Shown piece after piece: positions 15,912 through 23,003 of a stretch of DNA of 23,003 bases (position 1 is its first letter; every line of letters begins with the position of its first letter). The DNA comes from Candidatus Bathyarchaeota archaeon ex4484_205 (GTDB taxonomy: Archaea; Thermoproteota; EX4484-205). Where the stretch lies: NCBI GenBank assembly GCA_002255045.1, contig NJEE01000007.1, forward strand, positions 1 to 23,003. The letters are read 5' to 3'. The notes beneath the pieces were generated by a model. It did not search any database and had not been told where the DNA came from. It was given only the letters and a program-made list of their open reading frames with translations. The position numbers and the translations under genes were made by a program.

Positions 15912-16421
15912 ATGAAAATAAAGTTATTGATGCAAAAATTTCGAAAGGGAATCCTTGGAGGAACATTTGATATATTGCACGAGGGGCATAAACTTCTCTT
16001 GAGAATTGCGGCTAGGTATTCAGAAGATCTTATTATTGGAGTAACATCCAATAAATATGCCACTAGAAAGGAGCACGAGATAGAACCCTACTCAAATAGA
16101 GTAAGGAATGTGACGCAATTTCTTAGAGAGGAAGGATATGGAGGTAAAATAGAGATTGTAGAGATAAATGACCCATATGGACCTGCTGTAGAGGATCCTG
16201 AGCTTGAAGTTATTTTCGTCACAGATGAAAATCGCTTAATAGCATTCGAAATAAATAGTATCAGAATGAAGAGAGGTCTTAAACCGCTTTTTGTAGTGGA
16301 GATTCCTAGGCTTAAGGCAGAAGACGGTAAACCTATTTCATCTACGAGGATAAGAGACGGGGAAATAGATAAAGAGGGAAGAATAGAAAAGAATAAAATT
16401 ACCTATGTAAGTGGATTTTAA
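15912..16421 (+). CDS. coaD: Archaeal-type phosphopantetheine adenylyltransferase (cytidylyltransferase family, COG1019)
   Basis: Contains GGTFDILHEGHKLLL (the HxGH nucleotidyltransferase motif) and ISSTRIR. The size is 163-169 aa, with ATG 15930 as an alternative start. Confidence 0.7.
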   Translation: MKIKLLMQKFRKGILGGTFDILHEGHKLLLRIAARYSEDLIIGVTSNKYATRKEHEIEPYSNRVRNVTQFLREEGYGGKIEIVEINDPYGPAVEDPELEVIFVTDENRLIAFEINSIRMKRGLKPLFVVEIPRLKAEDGKPISSTRIRDGEIDKEGRIEKNKITYVSGF

Positions 16422-16452
16422 GTAAAATAGTGAAAGGAGGCAAAGATCTAAA

Positions 16453-17574
16453 GTGGAGAGGATGAAAGTAACACCCTGGAGTGTTGAAGGAAAGGTAAAT
16501 TATGAACACCTCATTAAGGAATTCGGTGTAAGCCCCATAACAGATGAGCTGATATCAAGAATTAGAAAAATAACAGGGGAGGTACATCTGCAACTTAGAA
16601 GGAAGATATTTTTTGCACATAGAGACTTGGATTTTATCTTAGATAAATATGAAAGAGGGGAAAAATTTGTCTTATATACAGGGCGAGGACCCTCTGGACC
16701 AGTTCATATTGGTCACATCGTACCATGGATATTTACTAAATGGCTCCAGGAAAAATTTGGTGTAAAGCTTTATTTCCAAGTGACAGATGATGAACGATTT
16801 CTTTATAATCCCAGCAGACAATTGAGCAAAGAGGAGATACAGAAATATGTTTATGATAATATATTGGATGTAATAGCAATAGGGTTTGATGAAAGAAAAA
16901 CGGAAATAGTTGTGAACACGAAGGCTGCTGGTGCACTATACAATATTGCAATAGAGGTTGCGAGACATGTTACACTTTCAACCGTGAAAGCAATATTCGG
17001 ATTCAAGGATGAAGATAATATAGGAATAGTTTTCTTCCCTGCTATCCAAGCTGCACCAGCTTTCCTCGAGTCAAAACTAACTGGTGTCAATGCACCATGT
17101 TTAATACCAGCAGCAATAGATCAAGACCCCTATTGGAGAATGACAAGGGATGTAGCGCCTAAAATTGGATACTATAAGCCCGCTCAGATACATTCAAGAT
17201 TTCTACCAGCACTCACTGCAGGGGGTAAGATGTCTGCATCTATTCCTGAATCGGCAATATACCTCAAGGATTCTGATGAGGAGGTGGAGTATAAGATAAT
17301 GAATGCATTTACAGGAGGACGTGCCACCAAGAAAGAGCAAAAGAAGCTGGGAGGGCAACCTGAGATATGCTCAATTTACCAATTCTTCTCCTTTCTCTTT
17401 GAAGAGAATGATGAAGAACTCATGGAGAGATATACTGCATGCCGAAGTGGGGAGCTTTTATGCGGGGAATGCAAAGCAGAGCTGACTAGTAGAATAAAGA
17501 AGTTTTTACACCAACACAGAAAGAAAAGGGAAAAAGCAAAAGATAAGATTGATGAATTTCTCTTTAAAGGTTAG
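16453..17574 (+). CDS. trpS: Tryptophanyl-tRNA synthetase
   Basis: VTPWSVEGKVNYEHLIKEFG, GRGPSGPVHIGH (HIGH motif), KMSAS, and the C-terminal CRSGELLCGECK. The start is GTG 16453 or ATG 16462. Confidence 0.9.
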   Translation: MERMKVTPWSVEGKVNYEHLIKEFGVSPITDELISRIRKITGEVHLQLRRKIFFAHRDLDFILDKYERGEKFVLYTGRGPSGPVHIGHIVPWIFTKWLQEKFGVKLYFQVTDDERFLYNPSRQLSKEEIQKYVYDNILDVIAIGFDERKTEIVVNTKAAGALYNIAIEVARHVTLSTVKAIFGFKDEDNIGIVFFPAIQAAPAFLESKLTGVNAPCLIPAAIDQDPYWRMTRDVAPKIGYYKPAQIHSRFLPALTAGGKMSASIPESAIYLKDSDEEVEYKIMNAFTGGRATKKEQKKLGGQPEICSIYQFFSFLFEENDEELMERYTACRSGELLCGECKAELTSRIKKFLHQHRKKREKAKDKIDEFLFKG

Positions 17575-17579
17575 ATGAG

Positions 17580-19022
17580 ATGAGGGAAAACAAAGAGAAT
17601 TTAGTAAAAAAAGTTTTTGAAACCATAGTTGGAGGGTGTAAGGAAGCAGAGAAAATAGCAGAGGAGGTAGGGATTCCACATACAACAGTAATGAGTATCC
17701 TGGAGAGGCTTAGAGCAGAAGGATACATAGAAATAGTTAGGGAAGAAAAATGGATGATTGAACTGACAGAGGAAGGAAGGAAATACAAGGAGGAAGGATT
17801 ACCTGAAAGAAGGCTTGCCCAATACGTATACGAGAAGGGGGGAGAAATAGCAATTAAGAAACTCGATGAGGTTTTTGATGAACCAGAAATAAGAATTGCA
17901 TTACAGTGGGTGGTTAGAAAGGAGTGGGGAAGGATAGAAAGAGGATATGTAAAAATTCATGAAATACCTGAAAAGGGAAAAGATGAAAAAATTCTTGAAT
18001 TAATTGGAAAAAAAGAAATTAAAAAAGACGATATACCAATAGAACTTATAAAAAGAGGACTTATAAAAATAAAGCCAAAGAAAACACTTATAGTTAAACC
18101 TATTAAAGAAAAATTTGAAGAGAAAGGAGGTATAAGTGTAATAACAGCGGAAATCATTAGGAGCGGAAAATGGAAAAAGACCAGATTCAAGCCATATAAT
18201 CTTGCTGTCACTCCCCCACCTTTGTGGATAGGGAAGAAGAACCCATATATAGAATTTGTAAACATGGCAAGGGAGATACTTATCGAGATGGGTTTTGAGG
18301 AATATAAAGGACCTTGGATCGAAATGGAGTTCTATCATTTTGATGCATTATTTCAGCCTCAGGATCATCCTGCGAGAGAGCTCTTCGACACTTTTCACGT
18401 ATCCTTTCCAGAAGTCGGAAAAATACCAGAGAGGGACTACCTAACAAAGGTGAAAAGGACGCATGAGAATGGCTGGGAAACAGGCTCAAGAGGATGGAGA
18501 TATAATTGGAGTGAGAGAGTGGCATCCAGAAGAATCTTAAGAGGGCAAACCACTAGTGTTTCAATAAGATATCTCACCACACATAAGGAGCCACCTATAA
18601 GAATGTTCACCATAGATGACTGCTTCAGATATGATGTTATGGATGCCACACATAGTATTCAATTCAAACAGGCAGAGGGAATAGTTGGAGAAAGAGGAAT
18701 CACACTAAAGGAGCTTTTTGGGATATTGGAAGAGTTCGCAAAAAGATTAGGATTTAAGGAGATAAAGTTTGTTCCTAGTTATTTCCCCTTCACAGAGCCA
18801 AGCTGTGAAGCTATGGTGTATCACCCAGAATTGGGCTGGATAGAGTGTTTAGGGGCAGGAATATTCAGGCCGGAGGTATTAAAACCATTAGAGATAGATT
18901 TTCCTGTTCTTGCCTGGGGAATAGGAATAGATAGACTGGCTATGGCTATACTGGGGATAAATGATATTCGGAAAATTAGAAGGCCAGATTTACAGGAGTT
19001 AAGAGATTGGAAGATGTTATAA
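17580..19022 (+). CDS. pheS: Phenylalanyl-tRNA synthetase alpha subunit
   Basis: 480 aa with class II motifs: FQPQDHPARE, LRGQTTSV, FRYD...H...F.Q.EG and GAGIFRPEV. Confidence 0.93.
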   Translation: MRENKENLVKKVFETIVGGCKEAEKIAEEVGIPHTTVMSILERLRAEGYIEIVREEKWMIELTEEGRKYKEEGLPERRLAQYVYEKGGEIAIKKLDEVFDEPEIRIALQWVVRKEWGRIERGYVKIHEIPEKGKDEKILELIGKKEIKKDDIPIELIKRGLIKIKPKKTLIVKPIKEKFEEKGGISVITAEIIRSGKWKKTRFKPYNLAVTPPPLWIGKKNPYIEFVNMAREILIEMGFEEYKGPWIEMEFYHFDALFQPQDHPARELFDTFHVSFPEVGKIPERDYLTKVKRTHENGWETGSRGWRYNWSERVASRRILRGQTTSVSIRYLTTHKEPPIRMFTIDDCFRYDVMDATHSIQFKQAEGIVGERGITLKELFGILEEFAKRLGFKEIKFVPSYFPFTEPSCEAMVYHPELGWIECLGAGIFRPEVLKPLEIDFPVLAWGIGIDRLAMAILGINDIRKIRRPDLQELRDWKML

Positions 19023-19035
19023 GGAGGAGGCAGAG

Positions 19036-20703
19036 ATGCCTGCAATCACAGTGAATATAAAGGATTTGGAAGATATGTTAGGAAAAGAGATAGGTGAAGA
19101 TGAACTCAGAGAGAGTTTGAGCTATCTGAAATGTGGTGTTGAGAGGATTGAGGAGGAGGAGTGGGAAATAGAAACAACATCAGATAGACCGGATTTACTA
19201 TCTGCAGAGGGAATAGCGAGAGGATTGAGAGGAGTATTTGAAATTGAGTTAGGAATACCGGAATATAATGTAAACGAGGGTGAAGTACAGCTTATCCAAG
19301 AGGAAAACACTGCAAAGATCAGACCCTATATTTTTACTATTACTGTGCGAAATGTAAATTTCAATGAAGAAGCAATCAGGCAGATAATGCAATTACAGGA
19401 GAAACTTCATCAGACCTTTTGTAGGAGGAGGAAAAAAGCCTCCATAGGGGTATATGATCTCGATAAGATTAAAACACCAATTTACTATAAGGCACTACCT
19501 CTTCATGAGATAAGGTTTACACCACTGGAACAAGATAGGGAGATGAGCGGAGAGGAAATTCTAGCAGAGACACCTCAAGGCAGAGAATATGGAAAACTTA
19601 TCGAGAAAGGCATTGCACCATTGCTGGTAGATAGTTGTGGACAAGTCCTATCCATGCCACCTATAGTAAATAGTGAGGAAACCAGAGTTACAAGGGACAC
19701 TAAGAATGTATTTATAGATGTTACAGGACTCTCGGAGGATATAGTAAAGAAGGCATCAATATTTCTTGCAACAGCATTAGCAGAGAGAGGAGGAGAGATA
19801 TTCTCCGTGAAACATGTAAAAGGCAATAGAATGATATATTGGCCAATTATGAGGACTGAAATACTCCATACGAATATAGGTTATATCACTGAAATATTAG
19901 GAGTGGATATATCAACAGGAGAAATCCAAAGATCACTATTAAAAGCGAGGCTAGAAGCAGAGACAATAGAGGATAAAATAAAAATAAGGATACCGAGCTA
20001 TAGGGTAGACATTATACATCCAATTGACATTGTGGAAGAGGTTGCTATTTTCTATGGGTACGGGAGATATCCGAGGCAAGTTCCCAAAAGCGTGAGAAGA
20101 GGGAGCGCTCTCCAGAGGAGTAAAATAATAGAAATATGTAGAGAGATAATGGTGGGAGCAGGATATCTTGAGGTAACGACGCTTGCACTAGGTAAAAGGG
20201 AGATATATGAGAGATGGAAAGAGAAAGGAGAAATTTGTATGTTGAAGAACCCAATTTCAAGCGAGTATGATGTGATGAGAAACAGTTTGATCCCTGGACT
20301 AGTTGATGTGATTGGAGATAATCTTCACTATTCATTTCCATTAAAAATCTTTGAAGTTGGAAAAATCGTGGAGATCATCGGAGACGAACCTGTTGAAAGA
20401 GAGAAGTTGGCAGCAGCTATTGGAGACGATAGGGGAAGATTCGAAGAAATCCACAGCCTATCCTATAGTATAATATGGAATATGAACAATATAGAGATAG
20501 AGCTCCATAGCTTAAAGCATGGAAGCTTTATTGAAGGAAGAGTGGCGAGCATACATCTACATGGAATGGAAATAGGATTATTGGGAGAGCTCTCGCCATC
20601 ATATCTCCTCGAGGCACATAAAGTGGATATACCAGTAACAGTGATGGAGATAGATCTAGAAAAACTTCATAAAATTTTAAAACATGAGCGAGATAGAATA
20701 TAA
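19036..20703 (+). CDS. pheT: Phenylalanyl-tRNA synthetase beta subunit
   Basis: 555 aa with B3/4- and B5-type regions (SDRPDLLSAEGIARGL, IPSYRVDIIHPIDIVEEVAIFYGY). It follows pheS after a 13-nt gap containing a GGAGGAGG Shine-Dalgarno-like sequence. Confidence 0.93.
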   Translation: MPAITVNIKDLEDMLGKEIGEDELRESLSYLKCGVERIEEEEWEIETTSDRPDLLSAEGIARGLRGVFEIELGIPEYNVNEGEVQLIQEENTAKIRPYIFTITVRNVNFNEEAIRQIMQLQEKLHQTFCRRRKKASIGVYDLDKIKTPIYYKALPLHEIRFTPLEQDREMSGEEILAETPQGREYGKLIEKGIAPLLVDSCGQVLSMPPIVNSEETRVTRDTKNVFIDVTGLSEDIVKKASIFLATALAERGGEIFSVKHVKGNRMIYWPIMRTEILHTNIGYITEILGVDISTGEIQRSLLKARLEAETIEDKIKIRIPSYRVDIIHPIDIVEEVAIFYGYGRYPRQVPKSVRRGSALQRSKIIEICREIMVGAGYLEVTTLALGKREIYERWKEKGEICMLKNPISSEYDVMRNSLIPGLVDVIGDNLHYSFPLKIFEVGKIVEIIGDEPVEREKLAAAIGDDRGRFEEIHSLSYSIIWNMNNIEIELHSLKHGSFIEGRVASIHLHGMEIGLLGELSPSYLLEAHKVDIPVTVMEIDLEKLHKILKHERDRI

Positions 20704-20705
20704 TT

Positions 20706-20859
20706 GGCCCCTCCCTAAGCGGATCTGATCGAGGAGGATGTTCTACATCCTTCTATGAGAGAGGAGAACCCAGGAGGGGTACATTGGGCTCAGCTTTAAG
20801 AGGCTGGCTGAGGCCCTTATCTAGGGTTCTGTGAGGTCAGGTGTCAGGGCTGAGCCACA
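20706..20859 (+). ncRNA. Candidate two-hairpin H/ACA-type guide sRNA
   Basis: A GC-rich island directly follows the pheT stop.

Hairpin 1:
- Lower stem CCCCTCC (20708-14) / GGAGGGG (20773-79).
- 9-bp upper stem 20732-40 / 20746-54.
- ACA at 20781-83.

Hairpin 2:
- Lower stem GGCTCAGC (20787-94) / GCTGAGCC (20849-56).
- Internal loop of 9 and 8 nt.
- 6-bp upper stem 20804-09 / 20835-40.
- K-turn-like CUGA (20808-11) opposite GUGAGG (20831-36).
- Apical stem-loop.
- ACA at 20857-59. Confidence 0.45.
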
Positions 20860-21264
20860 ATGCACATTCTTTAAAATTCTGCAAAGTCGAGACTGTAGTT
20901 TTGGGAGCTCCTCGATTCCCTTTAGCTCACCTTTAAATCTCTTTTTAAGCATATTTCTGTATTCGAGTATTACATGTTTGGATCCATTCAGAAACCTGTA
21001 AATTAAAGATGCGAGATACTCCCCCTCTTCATCCAGATCGGTTAAGACAATTAAATTAGGTTCCTCAATTTCTTCCAACTTAGAAATGAGAGAACCTTTC
21101 CAGCTCTTTAAAGAAAGAACCTTAGACGAGACACCTAAGGCTTTTAGAGACAGCATATCTTTCCTTCCTTCAACTAATATACAATACTCAGTAGTTAGGG
21201 AGGATAAGGATTCTATGAAGTGATTTAGGACATCTAACTTCTCTTTAGCATCTTGCATATTCAA
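20821..21264 (-). CDS. Small Toprim-domain protein (UPF0292 / RNase M5-like, COG1658)
   Basis: 147 aa with ILVEGRKD (the Toprim Glu) and LIVLTDLDEEGE (DxD). The last 13 codons overlap hairpin 2 of the candidate sRNA in antisense. Confidence 0.7.
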   Translation of the reverse strand: MNMQDAKEKLDVLNHFIESLSSLTTEYCILVEGRKDMLSLKALGVSSKVLSLKSWKGSLISKLEEIEEPNLIVLTDLDEEGEYLASLIYRFLNGSKHVILEYRNMLKKRFKGELKGIEELPKLQSRLCRILKNVHCGSALTPDLTEP

Positions 21265-21369
21265 ATCTTCCTTGAGAAGAAGATATGGTTTCCAAGTAAA
21301 TATAAAAATATATATTAAGGAGGTATGAGGGGATGGAGATATTAGTTAGACTTACTGGAGGTGTATGAG

Positions 21370-21435
21370 GTGACACAACATCCATCACTAAAATATGTAA
21401 TTAAACTCTTATTTGAGGTCGAGGGTGTCGTGGAA
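21370..21435 (+). CDS. dnaG: dnaG (archaeal DnaG primase / exosome-associated Toprim protein), exon 1
   Basis: Frame 1 reads (V)TQHPSLKYVIKLLFEVEGVVE and then hits TGA at 21436. It matches the conserved archaeal DnaG N-terminus (KY.I...FEV.GVVE). The start is GTG 21370 or GTG 21361, after GGAGGTG. Confidence 0.7.
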
Positions 21436-21458
21436 TGAACCTATAAAGGTTCCCACTG
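21436..21458 (+). other. 23-nt bulge-helix-bulge intron within the dnaG coding sequence (predicted)
   Basis: - Central helix: GTGG (21430-33) / CCAC (21453-56).
- 5' bulge: AAT (21434-36).
- 3' bulge: TGA (21457-59).
- Inner helix: GAACC (21437-41) / GGTTC (21448-52), with loop TATAAA.
- Short outer helix: 21427-29 / 21460-62.
- Cutting 2 nt 3' of each central-helix strand removes 21436-21458 and joins GAA|AGA in frame. Confidence 0.7.
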
Positions 21459-22535
21459 AGATCGGATATCATAGGAGCTGTCTTCGGGCAGACCGAAGGG
21501 CTCTTTGGCGATTTTCTCGACCTCAGGGAACTGCAAAGAACAGGACGAGTAGGAAGAATAGAGGTAGAGATAAATGTGAGAGAAGGAAAGAGCTATGGGA
21601 CAATAATCGTTCCCACTGGACTCGATCAAGCGACAGCATCACTACTAGCAGCGACAATAGAGAGCATAGAACGGGTAGGACCATTCAAGTGTAAAATTAA
21701 GCTCTCTGCATTTGAAGACATAAGAGAGGAGAGGAAGAAGAAAATTATTAAGAGGGCTAAGGAGATACTTAGTGAGATCACCGCTGAAGAGTGGAGTGGA
21801 TCATTAGAGGCGCTTAAGGAGATAACCGAGGTCAAAAAGAGAGAGATTGTAAGTTATGGAGAGGAAAAGATACCGGCAGGCACTGATGTAGAGAAATCTA
21901 GAGAGATCATTTTGGTAGAGGGAAGAGCTGATGTGAATGTTCTGTTGAAGGCAGGATATGGAAATGTAATATCTATAGAAGGAGGAAATATACCTAAGAG
22001 TGTTGTCGAACTGACAAAAAGAAAAGATAAGGTGACAGTATTGCTGGATGGAGATACAGCGGGCGACAAACTTCTGAAGACGGTATTGGAGAGATGTAAG
22101 GTAGATTATATCGCGAGGGCACCTAAGGGTAAGGAGGTAGAGGAACTCACTCCTTCAGAAGTTCGGAGGATACTAAGGAATAAGGAAGAAGTAGAGAGAG
22201 TAATTTCAAAGCTTCACATACCCAAGCTAAGTAAAGAGGAACGAGAGAAGGCCCTCACCATCGCTGAGAACATATATGGCAAATTGAAGGCAGTATTTTT
22301 AGATGGCAAGTGGAAAATTATTGGAGAGACTCCAATTGTAGATATGATGAAGGAGCTAGATAAAACTCCAGAGACTAAGATAATTATAATGGACGGCGTA
22401 ATTACACAAAGAGTCCTAGATAAGGCATACTCTAAAGGAATAAGAAGGATAATAGGACAAAGAATAGGAGAGATCGAGAAGAAACCTGGCGACATAGAAA
22501 TCCTTACGACAGAGGAGTTAAAGGAGGATACTTGA
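21459..22535 (+). CDS. dnaG: dnaG, exon 2
   Basis: Frame 0 reads RSDIIGAVFGQTEGLFGDFLDLRELQRTGRVGRIEVEI...IIVPTGLD...ILVEGRADVNVL...VLLDGDTAGD (Toprim). The frame is open only from 21447 and has no credible start of its own before the conserved block. Confidence 0.85.
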   Translation, partial: RSDIIGAVFGQTEGLFGDFLDLRELQRTGRVGRIEVEINVREGKSYGTIIVPTGLDQATASLLAATIESIERVGPFKCKIKLSAFEDIREERKKKIIKRAKEILSEITAEEWSGSLEALKEITEVKKREIVSYGEEKIPAGTDVEKSREIILVEGRADVNVLLKAGYGNVISIEGGNIPKSVVELTKRKDKVTVLLDGDTAGDKLLKTVLERCKVDYIARAPKGKEVEELTPSEVRRILRNKEEVERVISKLHIPKLSKEEREKALTIAENIYGKLKAVFLDGKWKIIGETPIVDMMKELDKTPETKIIIMDGVITQRVLDKAYSKGIRRIIGQRIGEIEKKPGDIEILTTEELKEDT

Positions 22536-22541
22536 AATAGG

Positions 22542-23003
22542 TTAGAAGGAACTACGATACTCTTCTAAAGCATTCCTATTAACTTTGAGGAAGTTTGGAC
22601 CCCATTTGAATTTGGAGAGGAGTTCCTCGGCTTCGGAGGGATAACCCAATATGTATAGGGCTGCAGCCAGAGCCTCAGCTGAGGAGAGAAAACCAATTCT
22701 ACCATAGTTTATAGGGTTCACAGCAACAAGTGGAGGTAACTTTCGATGAAGCCCACGCTTAATAACATGAAAAATTCTATTTGAACGCTTCCAAGACGAA
22801 TCTATTACAGTTAATCCATAACGTTCAGCGAAAACTCTATCGGATGGCATAAGCAGAGTCACAGACTCTGGATTGAGAACAAGACTTCTCTTCGGTATCT
22901 CTGACATTCTACGTAGGATCAGTAGTAAACCATGTCTTTTTAAGACCATAGAGGTACATTTCTTTGGATCATCCTCACCAACTCTATATGCATATAATTT
23001 CAT
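22542..23003 (-). CDS. tsr3: 16S rRNA aminocarboxypropyltransferase Tsr3 (DUF367 / COG2042)
   Basis: 153 aa with GEDDPKKCTS, VIDSSW and LVAVNPINYGR...LSSAEALAAALYILG. The ATG lies at the last 3 nt of the window, so the true start cannot be confirmed. Confidence 0.7.
   Translation of the reverse strand: MKLYAYRVGEDDPKKCTSMVLKRHGLLLILRRMSEIPKRSLVLNPESVTLLMPSDRVFAERYGLTVIDSSWKRSNRIFHVIKRGLHRKLPPLVAVNPINYGRIGFLSSAEALAAALYILGYPSEAEELLSKFKWGPNFLKVNRNALEEYRSSF

Noticed and set aside
15893-16063. N-terminal 57-codon extension of the map ORF
   Set aside because: The extension has no MetAP similarity and overlaps the divergent PPAT gene. A GTG at 15892 gives the canonical 295-aa archaeal MetAP.
20706-20783. 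A canonical K-turn in hairpin 1 of the candidate H/ACA RNA
   Set aside because: CUGA (20725-28) and UGAGA (20756-60) are present. With the best upper-stem register, however, they flank a 3x2 internal loop rather than the 0x3 asymmetric loop of a K-turn. Hairpin 1 is therefore reported only as H/ACA-like.
21413-21694. 93-aa ORF (MRSRVSWNEPIKV...)
   Set aside because: It is out of frame with the conserved DnaG sequence and overlaps it. Its composition is Arg/Ser-rich and low in complexity, so it is a shadow ORF.
21361-22535. dnaG as a frameshifted pseudogene, or as a case of programmed ribosomal frameshifting
   Set aside because: - Both halves are otherwise intact and conserved-looking.
- The interruption is a discrete 23-nt block with a near-perfect BHB fold.
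- The rule-based cut sites give an exact in-frame junction that matches the conserved motif.
- No slippery heptamer is visible at 21430-21436.
- A pseudogene or sequencing error cannot be fully excluded without RNA data.
1-23003. CRISPR arrays, IS elements or transposases, integrases, toxin-antitoxin pairs, or defence islands
   Set aside because: No spaced direct-repeat arrays or terminal inverted repeats were seen. No ORFs have transposase, integrase, nuclease-helicase or defence-type motifs. Every sizeable ORF is accounted for by housekeeping families.

Overview
This is a core housekeeping region from an archaeon. It is probably a thermophilic member of the Thermoproteota (Crenarchaeota-like): coding DNA is AT-rich, RNA genes are conspicuously GC-rich, the 5S rRNA gene stands alone, and many TATA boxes sit about 25-30 nt from start codons, suggesting leaderless mRNAs.

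Gene content, left to right:
- POR/VOR-type 2-oxoacid:ferredoxin oxidoreductase genes (gamma, delta, start of alpha).
- An MTH1-like SPOUT gene followed by rpl3-rpl4-rpl23-rpl2. A small antisense gene then interrupts the cluster before rps19.
- An aspartate-family aminotransferase, a tRNA-Pro gene and a UPF0280 (ApbE-like) gene.
- iorAB, then a wHTH + ATP-cone + NrdD-like fusion gene, and pyrB.
- A lone 5S rRNA gene, then a DUF1512 gene paired with a membrane zinc-ribbon gene, and map.
- A coaD(PPAT)-trpS-pheS-pheT string.
- A GC-rich tandem-hairpin RNA resembling an H/ACA sRNA.
- A small Toprim gene, dnaG and tsr3.

I saw no CRISPR array, transposon or recognisable defence system.

The main findings concern RNA splicing:
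1. dnaG is interrupted by a 23-nt insert that folds into a textbook bulge-helix-bulge (BHB) motif. The predicted cut sites rejoin the two reading frames exactly.
2. The tRNA-Pro(CGG) gene is 144 nt long and appears to carry up to five short BHB-type introns. Three are well supported and two are tentative.

A third notable item is an NrdD-like protein that has gained a wHTH domain and seems to have lost its catalytic cysteine and glycyl-radical motif.

All calls come from reading the sequence and ORF translations by eye and from remembered family motifs. No searches or folding programs were run.
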